Source: Octopus bimaculoides (taxonomy: Eukaryota). Taken from it: a DNA stretch of 64,000 nt. The notes under the pieces are model-generated. The model did not search any database. It was not told the origin of the DNA and saw only the letters and a list, made by a program, of their open reading frames with translations. Both the position numbers and the translations under genes were made by a program. Below, one piece after another: positions 52,704 to 64,000 of the stretch. Every line of letters starts with the position of its first letter. Position 1 is the stretch's first letter. The stretch spans positions 2,909,540-2,973,539 of the forward strand of contig NC_069003.1 in assembly GCF_001194135.2 (NCBI RefSeq). The letters are read 5' to 3'.

Positions 52704-53802
52704 AATAGCTCCATGTGTCTGCCATATGATCTGCAAGAGTTGTTGATAATACATTGGCCAAAAGACAAAACTAGAAGAAGCGCAAACGCACGTAAAAATA
52801 AAAAAATGCATCCGTAAATATAAAGATATCTAGCATTATTAAATATAGAACAACAAACCATTGAGAGCAACACAAAAGCTGTCCGAAATATACGAAACAG
52901 GAAGTAACACAACGCACATGACCTTGGGTTATTCTCACGCGAAGGGCAAATGAGTTCCGACAGTACTTTTTCACACACAATTGGCATATTTAGAATGAAT
53001 ATTTTTAGTCGAATTTGATTTGCTATGCTCATTAACTGTTATAAGTTTAACTGGGGAGTTACACGTAGCTTACAAGCGTTCCTTTTTCTCTTTAAACGAA
53101 ACAAAGAAACGAAGGTGAACTTCTTCGAGGGGTGTTTAAAAAACTTGATTGGAATTTGGTTTAAGTGCAGTGGAAATGTTCTCAATCCTTTGATATATTT
53201 AGTTTTGGAGCCCTGTGCTCGGAGGTATATCGGATAAGCTAGCGTTTAATGTGCCCTATCAAAGCTACGGCCAAATTTGGAATGGCTTCCATCATGTATA
53301 TGGGTACTCGTAGAGCAGAATTGTAAGCAGAGATATTGTGAAATAACTTATTTACGCTATATCATATTATACGAATTTATAATATATAATAGAAAAATGT
53401 GTTGTCATTTTCATTATTAATGTTTAACTAACACAAAATAATCATTCGTACGTAAAATAAAATAATAAAAACGAAAAAAAAAAACACGAAACAAAATAAA
53501 ACAGAATATATATCATAATGTAAAGAAATGATGGATAAAATCGAAATAATATGCTGAATATGGAGATACATTCGCATCAGTAAAGTTATTACAATTTGTA
53601 TCCAAAAAATTAGATTCCAACTTTTTGTTCTTAAATTGACAATTTTTGGTGATATCGATGAATTGTAGAAATCAACAAATTATTTAATTATAGGTATGTA
53701 TGTATACATTTAAATACACATAGATCAACACATATATATATATATAAATAAATATATATGTATGTATAAATATATACATAAATATATTGATATATAAGTA
53801 TC

Positions 53803-53858
<56 letters not shown>

Positions 53859-55971
53859 NNNNNNNNNNNNNNNNNNNNNNNNNNNNNNNNNNNNNNNNNN
53901 NNNNNNNNNNNNNNNNNNNNNNNNNNNNNNNNNNNNNNNNNNNNNNNNNNNNNNNNNNNNNNNNNNNNNNNNNNNNNNNNNNNNNNNNNNNNNNNNNNNN
54001 NNNNNNNNNNNNNNNNNNNNNNNNNNNNNNNNNNNNNNNNNNNNNNNNNNNNNNNNNNNNNNNNNNNNNNNNNNNNNNNNNNNNNNNNNNNNNNNNNNNN
54101 NNNNNNNNNNNNNNNNNNNNNNNNNNNNNNNNNNNNNNNNNNNNNNNNNNNNNNNNNNNNNNNNNNNNNNNNNNNNNNNNNNNNNNNNNNNNNNNNNNNN
54201 NNNNNNNNNNNNNNNNNNNNNNNNNNNNNNNNNNNNNNNNNNNNNNNNNNNNNNNNNNNNNNNNNNNNNNNNNNNNNNNNNNNNNNNNNNNNNNNNNNNN
54301 NNNNNNNNNNNNNNNNNNNNNNNNNNNNNNNNNNNNNNNNNNNNNNNNNNNNNNNNNNNNNNNNNNNNNNNNNNNNNNNNNNNNNNNNNNNNNNNNNNNN
54401 NNNNNNNNNNNNNNNNNNNNNNNNNNNNNNNNNNNNNNNNNNNNNNNNNNNNNNNNNNNNNNNNNNNNNNNNNNNNNNNNNNNNNNNNNNNNNNNNNNNN
54501 NNNNNNNNNNNNNNNNNNNNNNNNNNNNNNNNNNNNNNNNNNNNNNNNNNNNNNNNNNNNNNNNNNNNNNNNNNNNNNNNNNNNNNNNNNNNNNNNNNNN
54601 NNNNNNNNNNNNNNNNNNNNNNNNNNNNNNNNNNNNNNNNNNNNNNNNNNNNNNNNNNNNNNNNNNNNNNNNNNNNNNNNNNNNNNNNNNNNNNNNNNNN
54701 NNNNNNNNNNNNNNNNNNNNNNNNNNNNNNNNNNNNNNNNNNNNNNNNNNNNNNNNNNNNNNNNNNNNNNNNNNNNNNNNNNNNNNNNNNNNNNNNNNNN
54801 NNNNATATATATATACATGATTACCTATATGTGCCTACGTGTATGTACGCGCGTATATATATATATGTGTGTGTGCATGTGTATATATATAATAGTATTA
54901 ATGTAATTATACACAATGAGAAGCACTATAATGAGAAAGAAACAATACAAAAGAAACAAAAACAATATTCTTTATTCAATTATATTCTCGTGTGTCTTAT
55001 TTTGTTTTTATATGTATTTACTTATCTGGTATTTGAATTGTTTTATATTATTAAAAAAAATACTTCAAAGAAAACTTGTACACTGAAGTGTAAAGCAAAA
55101 ATGTGTAAACGAATAAATACATCAGACAAGCTAAGTAAACAAAGAGAAAAACAAATATCACTTTGTCTTAGATTTTCCACTTGTGTTGAAATATTCAAAC
55201 AATTTTCTTATCATTATTCAATTATAATTTGTGATTTTCTGTTTTCTTTTTTATGTTCCTAATTAAATTCTTAAATATTTAATTATCCAATAAAGAATAT
55301 GTGGGCGTACAATAAATTTCTATACTATGTTGTAATTAATATANNNNNNNNNNNNNNNNNNNNNNNNNNNNNNNNNNNNNNNNNNNNNNNNNNNNNNNNN
55401 NNNNNNNNNNNNNNNNNNNNNNNNNNNNNNNNNNNNNNNNNNNNNNNNNNNNNNNNNNNNNNNNNNNNNNNNNNNNNNNNNNNNNNNNNNNNNNNNTATA
55501 TATATATATAACTATGTGTGTGTATGTATGTATGAAGCAGTATGCCTGTTTTATATAGTAAGAAAGTGAGATTTTTTTCGAACAATTATTTATTAAGCGC
55601 TTTCATCACTTTTGAGAGATTCATCATGAATCTATACTCACCAGGTACACACAGACACACACAAACACACACACGCACATTCATTTGTTCATAATGCAGA
55701 TAACTGACGTGGCAGGTGGGAAGGAACAACCTTCCGATCAAATGGGACAAGGTGGTGGAAACGAGTCCCGATGTGTATCGTTATACGTTTATGAATTATG
55801 TAATTTTTTATGTAATACTCCATGCTATGACTATACACTGTTATCGTCTAAACTAAACAGTTAAAATATACGTATCGAGGTGTATATGTTGTTTCATAAC
55901 AAGGGGCGTTATGCACATATACACATACATGTATACATGCATACATACATACATACATACATACATACATA

Positions 55972-56080
55972 CAAAAATACCCCGTTGTTGATGTTGAAAT
56001 TCCAATGAAAGATCCCTGGAAACCGACTCTGTCTCTATTGTCAAGGATTATTGAAATAAAACTTAACAATGTCATACATA
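55972..56080 (+). repeat. Dispersed repeat (family E), copy 2
   Basis: AAAAATACCCCGTTGTTGATGTTGAAATTCCAATGAAAG...GAAACCGACTCTGTCTCTATTGTCAAGG...TTGAAATAAAACT; compare 24125. Confidence 0.8.
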
Positions 56081-57404
56081 CATACATACATGATGGCTGC
56101 CCCCCGTTATCGTGTATGGCCGTGGCACGAGGCTTAACTGTTATCGTGACATTTTAGCCCAGCTAAAGATCTACAATGTCTTGCACAGAATTGGCAGCTA
56201 AAACCTTTACCGGCAATAGACGGCTGTAATTGTAATTAGGCCTTTTGTACCTTTCCGTGTCGTTTACGTCATCCCGCCGAATTACATACCCCGTCGATAT
56301 ATTAAATGCCAGTCGAACACTAGAGCCGATGTAGTGGACGTTTTCCCATTTCTAAAACTGCTTTCGTTGTGACATATTTTCAAACCAATGACATAGAAAC
56401 TCGTTCAGCAATTTGATTTTAAAAGACAGCTTTTGCTGTATACCTACGGTCACGGTTTCCCACATACAGCAAGCGCTACAAAATAGATAATTTAATCCGG
56501 AGAGCGATAGACTATTGATGCAAACAGTTTTTATCAAAACCGATGAAACTACAATTATGAAAGTATACGGTATTGTTACTTACGTAATATAACCTCAACT
56601 AAACTGTAAATTATGAAGATAATGGCATAGGCCTCAGAGTAACATAAACTGCTAGATTCTATATCATAATGTCATTCTCAGTTTTAAGAGCGCGTCCATA
56701 AACAGACATAATAAGCTTTACATTATTGTAGAGAAATGTGCGGTGTTTGCAGGAATCGGTTTTGTGTCATTTTAAAAATTGGTTGGCGTAAATTGAACTT
56801 CCTTAAATCATTTGCAAAAGTGAGAAAAAATAGATAAGCATTCGAGCAACAGATAACTGAAATAAGAAATCGGAGTTGATCAATATGTCTCGCACGGAAA
56901 CAATACGGAATATTTTGTTTCGGTATAGCTACCGATGCTTATTTAATTGTGCAGCGCCGAATTGAAAGACTGTAGATTACTCTTTTTAATACAGTTCTAT
57001 ATTTAAGAGATGAGGAATTATGTACATTATTTAGATTATGGGACAAGAATTCAACAGGCGACAACAAGACATCTAGACAGTTAGATGATACAAAAAGGCA
57101 CAAGAAAAAAAACACGGATGGGTCATTCGGAGTTTTCTTTCGACAGTCGAAGTCCAGATTATCTTTTCAGTTCCGGCTGGTTATACGTGAGACAGATTGA
57201 ATCTGGCCAGCCCCAATGAAAATCTAAGCTAAGAGCACTAGATTTCTTGGAAGAAGCAGCGAATGTATACGAAAACGAGGACGAAAAATAACGGAGCAAT
57301 GGTACACATATACAAATGCAAATAACATGACATTAACAACAGGCGGCTTTCGACGAAGGACGAATTAAATTAATCTCCACATCGTATAAATGATTTTCTT
57401 TAAG

Positions 57405-57612
57405 GATGATGAACAAAACACCCATGTTTCCAGAGGTGAATTATCCAACCCCCAAAGAATTACTCTCAACACATGGCTATGATGCTCCCCCAGTCCATTG
57501 GCTCATGATCAGAAATGCATATATCATCAGTCACTAAGGGACATGTTGAACAGGTTAAGGTCAAGCAACTGACAAGCAAATATGTGGTATTGAACAGAAT
57601 ATTATACACTGC
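57405..57612. repeat. Interspersed-repeat fragment, unclassified (family D)
   Basis: GC-richer block (...CTCAACACATGGCTATGATGCTCCCCCA...CAGTCACTAAGGGACATG...GGTCAAGCAACTGACAAGCAAAT). It is single-copy here; repeat status rests only on recalled resemblance to an octopus repeat. Confidence 0.35.
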
Positions 57613-57664
57613 CAATCAACTAAGCTGAGAAGCCATTAGAACCACTGCCTGGTTCTGCATGATG

Positions 57665-57713
<49 letters not shown>

Positions 57714-57739
57714 CATCATCATCATCATCTTCATCATCA

Positions 57740-57821
<82 letters not shown>

Positions 57822-58055
57822 CATTGCTGAAGGCGGTCAGCTGACAGAGTTTTTATCGCATCGGACAAAATGCTTAGCGGTTTTTACGTCCGTCTTTACG
57901 TTGTGAGTTCAAATTCTGCCGATGTTGACTTTACTTTCATCCTTCGAGAATCGAGAAAATAAGTACCAGAGTTGCGAACTGGAATCAATGTAATTAATTC
58001 CCCACCTCCACACTCACTCGGAATTGCTGGTTTTCTGGCAAAATCTGTAACCATT
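57665..58055 (+). mobile_element. (ATT)n/(ATC)n array directly followed by a family C SINE
   Basis: The array spans 57665-57825. It is followed by AAGGCGGTCAGCTGACAGAG...GAGTTCAAATTCTGCCGATGTTGACTTTACTTTCATCCTTCGAG...AATAAGTACCAG. Confidence 0.85.
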
Positions 58056-58784
58056 ATTTTGATAGTAACTATTCTTATTTATTTTCATAACGTTTTCATT
58101 AGGGGTAATAAAACAAGGTAACATGTAACTAAAAATCTAGCAGATTCCCCAGTACTTGGTTTAACACCCCCCCACCACCACACACACACACGCACGTACA
58201 CATACACACACACACGACCAAAATTATGCCTGTGATTTTACATCCCGTTTATTACAGTTTACTCTGCAGCACTTTTCGAAAACCATTAAAATTTTATGAT
58301 CAACCACAAACAAATAATACACGTAAAATTTGAAGCAAATTTATCTAGAAATAAATGAAGTAAATTAAAATAAGTTAGGCTAAAAGGTAATAGAGAAAAT
58401 TGAAGCTATAACGTAAACGACTAAGTTATTTATGATATAAATTAATGTAAAACATATACTAGCACGACCTCACACATAAAACGTAGACAAAAGTCGAGCC
58501 ACGTATCTGTCAAATATTGACAGTCACGTTAACAATTACACGAAAGAGGCTCTCAACAAATTTAACTGTCAAAACGAGAACTTATAAATAATTGTTTTAT
58601 AGGATTTAGTTCCATTCATGCTGAAGGCAAACTTTTGATATTTTTAAATCATTGTCAACCAGAGAACTGTACACACACCGTTCAAACTTTGTGTTGCAGA
58701 AATTAGTGTTGCATTGAAATGCCTTCATATTTCATATTGAAACAAACATTGGATAGGAATTTTTTGTTAGGTATTTTTTTTACT

Positions 58785-59062
58785 TGTTTCATTCATTGGA
58801 CTGTGGCCTTGCAGGAGTATCCTGGGGGGCACAGCATTCACTGGTCTGAATCGAACACATTTATCTCGGTATTTATTTCTTAAATCCGTTTTGCCGAACA
58901 AGTATATTACGGGGTCGTAAACGGTGTTGGTGGTGGTGGTGGTGGCTCACTGAGATCTGAAGAAACTCACACATATACATATACGACGGGCTTCCACTCA
59001 CTTTCCGTCTTTCAAATTCGTTCAAATACGCTGGTCGGCCCAGGGTTTAAGTAGAAGACACA
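58785..59062 (-). mobile_element. SINE family A with both halves joined by an internal simple repeat
   Basis: The 3' half (58785-58925, TTTTGCCGAAC...TTACGGGGTCGTAAAC), a (GGT)n/CA spacer, then the 5' half (ATACGACGGGCTTC...TTTCCGTCT...GGTCGGCCCAGGG...AGTAGAAGACAC). Confidence 0.75.
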
Positions 59063-59099
59063 GCATAACGGAAATCGCCATCAACCAGAAAATAACGGA

Positions 59100-59305
59100 G
59101 TCGAGTTTTGGCATAAGGCCAGAAAATTAAGGCAGATGGGTTAAGTCGATTTTATCGGCCTCCAATGGATTGAAAATATATTTTATCGACCTCAAAAGGA
59201 TTAAAGATAAACTTGACTTCGCCGGAATTTGAACTAAGAATGGATGAAATGCCGCTAAGCGTTTTTGCCCGGCGTGCTAACGATTCTGGCAGATCGCCGC
59301 CTTTT
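59100..59305 (-). mobile_element. SINE family C, near full length
   Basis: GGCATAAGGCCAG...TTTTATCGACCTCAAAAGG...CGCCGGAATTTGAACT...GCCCGGCGTGCTAACGATTCTGGCAGATCGCCGCCTT. Confidence 0.9.
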
Positions 59306-60324
59306 TATAATGATAATTTTTTCCGTGATATAAATATAAGAGAGTTTTAATTACGAACAACGACAGAAACTGCAAATCTGAAGATCGACGGAAGTTAGAG
59401 ATCGTATCTGCTGCATCTTAATCTGATGCGTTTCTGGAGATTCTGGGAAAAAAATAAAGATTTATATTCTCGAATAACTGATAAAATATATTATACAAAC
59501 CGAATGAACTGACAATATATCAAGGCAAACATCATGCATATTCAATGAAAATATATACAACTCATGCATAATATATATATTTTATGATTTTATTGAAATG
59601 GTGTTCATATAATGAAGAATAGAAAGAATACAAAGAATTGATTACTATTAGCGGAGGTATATATATAAAAACAAGACTAATATTGATTCTGAATATATTT
59701 AGGAATATAATTATTATAGGTTTCATTTTTCGAGTATTCAGATTAGAATTCGTAAATTCGAGGGATGAAAACATTACAGCAATTCTAATAATGAATGTAG
59801 ATACAAATTGAATATACACAAACACACAAACACATAAACGCAGGCACAGACACTAACATACACACACAACTGTTTCAAAATTAATTCTGCTTTTTAGCCC
59901 TCAAATGTAAAGTTATATATCTCTGTTCAGGATAAATTTTATTACACAAAATATTAACTATTGCTATTCACAAACTGTTGCCGTTAGAAACAAACCAATT
60001 TATTCCGGTAGCATAGATTTCTGCAGTTCTATCTCTGTTGAATTATTCTACGGGGTATTGTATTATTGTATGGTAATTAAAGGAATTATGTGTACCATCG
60101 AACGTTATGGAAATGTTTGAGAAAATGAAAATCTCTGGGAGGCAGTTCTTTGTGTTAAGCGTTCGAGTTTCGTGGCTAAGTTACATTCTAGAGTAATATG
60201 TCAGTTGTAGGTGGTTTATGACCAGTGCAGGAAGAAAGTAACAGCCCCATTCGAAGGGAATCTTATAATGAAAGGTCAGGTATTGATTAGAAAGATTGTC
60301 CTTGTAAGTTCCAAATGCTACAGA

Positions 60325-60378
60325 GGAGGTGCCCCAGCATGGCCGCAGTCTAATGACTAAAACAGGTGAAAGATAAAA
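60325..60378 (+). mobile_element. SINE family A, extreme 3' tail
   Basis: GGTGCCCCAGCATGGCCGCAGTCTAATGACTAAAACAGGTGAAAGATAAAA. Confidence 0.8.
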
Positions 60379-60559
60379 ATGTCTCACCCAGGAGGAATAG
60401 AATTTGATCCTTTCTCATATCGCAAGAGCAATTCCAGTCACATTTGTGTCTGAATAAAGAGCGAGGGTTAATCCATGTTGTACTGCGTTGCAGTGTACCA
60501 TTGCCAGCTGGATTTAGTTTTCTGGGCCCTTGCATTCACGCATATTACATTTCAAGTTG

Positions 60560-60830
60560 TAACAGTTGTGCAAAGGATGCATGTTGTGCTCCACCCTGTT
60601 GATCACCAAACCATAAGTCCACGATCTCAGCAACACTGTACCCGTCTTGCACGTTCGAGCAGAATACGCTAAAGGTTTTGACAAAGTGAATAATGCATCA
60701 GTCATTCGATCTGAGATGCTTACCAATTGTCTTTCATATAATCGTTTTTCTGGAGGATGATATCGGCAATGATGAAGTCGTCCTCTGTTCACACACTGCT
60801 CGACAGATTTCTTTTCGATAACTTGCTTTC
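60560..60830 (-). mobile_element. Possible LINE RT C-terminal relic
   Basis: Across frameshifts, KEICRAVCEQRTTSS / IADIILQK / RL..RQL..ISDRMTD..SKPLAYS resembles the RTE-type I.DII..RRL.W.GHV.RM.D.R.PK..LY. Weak. Confidence 0.25.
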
Positions 60831-61153
60831 TCGGCTTTCGATTTCACATTATATGTTGCTTTTAAAATGAGGCATTAATTTATACATTTCGATATTTTAG
60901 TGATTGACTCAATATTTGATAGTAGCGATCCTTATCTGGCAAATTTGCTTCATATGTATTATTTTAATACAGAAAATATTGAGTAGTATAACTCCAGCAT
61001 TCGTACTCACGGGCAAGTCAATGAAGGCCCATAGAAGACTTCACCCCCATATAAAGCTATGGACCATACCGGACACATTAATAGAAATTTTTTCAAGAAG
61101 TACAGTTACAGTAACTGCAGTGATTTCGACATTTTAAGGCCTCTATTCAGGGG

Positions 61154-61157
<4 letters not shown>

Positions 61158-61245
<88 letters not shown>

Positions 61246-61252
61246 GAGGGAG

Positions 61253-61283
<31 letters not shown>

Positions 61284-61292
61284 TAGAGAGAG
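61158..61292. repeat. (GA)n/(GACA)n purine tract
   Basis: Seen directly. Confidence 0.95.
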
Positions 61293-61818
61293 AATCGTTA
61301 TTCAGATTGGTTGGTGGTATTGCCGATATGAAGCAGTATCTGAGAGAGTATTTGTGTGCTGGAGGCCTCTATGAGGAATGGCTTGGCATACGTAAGCACA
61401 CAAACACAGATACACACGTACACTCACATACACACACATACGCACACCTGCGCACATATTCACGTACACAGAGACATATACATGTGAAGAAAGAGCAGGA
61501 AGGAGGCAGCGAGGCGCATAGAGATAATCAATGAGTACATTTAGAAATTCTCCCACCTCATGATTTGGCTTCAATTTGCATACAAATACATATATACATA
61601 TATTAATATGTAAATATGTTTATACACACATTCGTACGCATACATACCATAAACGAAATTTCTGCGTTGAAACATACACATTATATACGCATGTGTGCTT
61701 ACATTCATACATACCTACACATATGTATATGTATATATGTATGTATACACTTACACTATATTCTATGTATTGTAGAAACAATCATACAAATATATGTTAG
61801 TGAGGACTGCATGTATGC

Positions 61819-61882
<64 letters not shown>

Positions 61883-62534
61883 ATGTCTTCCATTGCACTA
61901 TACTTATACAAGTACCCCTCTTCAGATTCTCAGCATAATTACCTATCAATTCGAATTCAACCATTCTACTCAAGAATCTTTTAATTCCGACATTGGCTTC
62001 TCTTCCCACTCCACACAGCGTTACCTTCTACTACAATGCTTTACTTTTACAATACCATACGTCAGACGCTTCACTCTCACCATTTGAGAATACATTCTTG
62101 AGTTGGCTATCGATTTTAACCCCCGCCTCCACCCCATTCCCTCTTTCTGCTCTTACGCAAACACAAACACAGCCACATCTCGACGAATAAGTAGAAGGAT
62201 ACACAGATACACACATACATAGAAAATAAATCTATAAATGAATAGACTTGATATAGATATTTAGGACAAAAAAGTCTCTTGTAAGTCAGAGAGATCAGCT
62301 GTCCATTATATTTGAGCCTCTCTTTCAGCGACAAGAATATTTGTGGACAATATTTCGAACGTTGGAGGTTTTCCACTTGGATAAAACGTCCACAATTGTA
62401 AAAATAATTATTCGTAGAAATAGTTAACATTTCCTTGTGTCAGTTATCAGATCGTGCACCGGGTTTATACACCAATTTGAAGAATTTGGATACGAATGAA
62501 TGGACTGCAGCATTTATATGCATTGTTGTAAGTC

Positions 62535-62630
62535 TGGTGCTTATTGTATTTGTGTTCTTGCCGAACCGCTAAGCTAAGGTGACATAAATAGATCAGTACA
62601 GGTTGTCAAACGATGTTGGGGGACAATCAC
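62535..62630 (-). mobile_element. SINE family A, 3' half
   Basis: TTCTTGCCGAACCGCTAAG...GGTTGTCAAACGATGTTGGGGGACAA, then (CATA)n. Confidence 0.8.
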
Positions 62631-64000
62631 ATACGTACATACGTACATACATACATTAACTACATATATAATACATACATACACATACACAAACACATAT
62701 ATTTATAGATGTGGAAAAGAGATTTCGTTCGTTTTTCGAACACAAGAAAATATATATATATATANNNNNNNNNNNNNNNNNNNNNNNNNNNNNNNNNNNN
62801 NNNNNNNNNNNNNNNNNNNNNNNNNNNNNNNNNNNNNNNNNNNNNNNNNNNNNNNNNNNNNNNNNNNNNNNNNNNNNNNNNNNNNNNNNNNNNNNNNNNN
62901 NNNNNNNNNNNNNNNNNNNNNNNNNNNNNNNNNNNNNNNNNNNNNNNNNNNNNNNNNNNNNNNNNNNNNNNNNNNNNNNNNNNNNNNNNNNNNNNNNNNN
63001 NNNNNNNNNNNNNNNNNNNNNNNNNNNNNNNNNNNNNNNNNNNNNNNNNNNNNNNNNNNNNNNNNNNNNNNNNNNNNNNNNNNNNNNNNNNNNNNNNNNN
63101 NNNNNNNNNNNNNNNNNNNNNNNNNNNNNNNNNNNNNNNNNNNNNNNNNNNNNNNNNNNNNNNNNNNNNNNNNNNNNNNNNNNNNNNNNNNNNNNNNNNN
63201 NNNNNNNNNNNNNNNNNNNNNNNNNNNNNNNNNNNNNNNNNNNNNNNNNNNNNNNNNNNNNNNNNNNNNNNNNNNNNNNNNNNNNNNNNNNNNNNNNNNN
63301 NNNNNNNNNNNNNNNNNNNNNNNNNNNNNNNNNNNNNNNNNNNNNNNNNNNNNNNNNNNNNNNNNNNNNNNNNNNNNNNNNNNNNNNNNNNNNNNNNNNN
63401 NNNNNNNNNNNNNNNNNNNNNNNNNNNNNNNNNNNNNNNNNNNNNNNNNNNNNNNNNNNNNNNNNNNNNNNNNNNNNNNNNNNNNNNNNNNNNNNNNNNN
63501 NNNNNNNNNNNNNNNNNNNNNNNNNNNNNNNNNNNNNNNNNNNNNNNNNNNNNNNNNNNNNNNNNNNNNNNNNNNNNNNNNNNNNNNNNNNNNNNNNATA
63601 TATATATATATATAGGCATATTTATATTATAGGTGGTGGCCTGTTGTTGGCGACATTTCTGTAGTATACCACAGAACATTGCCATGGATTTGTTTAGTCA
63701 ACGCTGTGCGTAAACGACGATTGCAAACAATATAACTATACAGTATATACTTGGGTGAACAATACGTTTCTGTCCACGAATATTTTCTATAGATATATTT
63801 TTCAGAATCGTCGTAACACAGGCAGCTGTCTAATAAATCAATAACGGTACGTACGTACATACATTCATACATACGGGTATACATACATACATGGGCGCGT
63901 GCATTCATTCACCCATTCATACGTATATGCATACATTCATATATCTATATGTATGTATATATGTATGTAAGTATATATATATATATATATATATATATAT

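Noticed and set aside
55705-55772. Two tandem hairpins (GGAAGG/CCTTCC and GGGAC/GTCCC) after CTGACG
   Set aside because: They do not satisfy hammerhead or twister cores. The stems are short and may be chance.
56985-57395. Block recalled as resembling an octopus Penelope-type terminal repeat, with CTGAAAAG...CGAAAG on the - strand
   Set aside because: It is single-copy in this window, and the core and stems are too degenerate to support a ribozyme call. The assignment would rest on memory alone.

Overview
AT-rich, gap-riddled eukaryotic draft-assembly DNA. About 24 N-runs total roughly 7.5 kb, and most are flanked by (TA)n. Simple repeats are extremely dense, and tRNA-derived SINEs are abundant. 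The repeat families and microsatellite load look like an octopod cephalopod (Octopus-like) genome; this is an inference from recalled resemblance, not a database search. No host protein-coding gene could be recognised. Nearly all ORFs in the supplied track are microsatellite or N artefacts, so the window is probably intergenic or a very large intron. Recognisable content: (1) three recurrent SINE families with more than 25 copies or fragments; (2) decayed relics of an R4/Dong-like RLE non-LTR retrotransposon with a (TAA)n tail, a 3' hairpin and an inverted partner fragment, an RTE-type AP endonuclease, CR1/Jockey-type RT pieces, a Buster/Charlie-type hAT transposase and possibly a Penelope-like element; (3) two candidate retroelement-borne self-cleaving RNA motifs. 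One is an HDV-like double-pseudoknot signature at about 10907-11060. The other is a minimal type-I hammerhead reconstructed from two partial copies of one repeat (2247-2271 and 30605-30629). Both are degenerate as sequenced and remain hypotheses.
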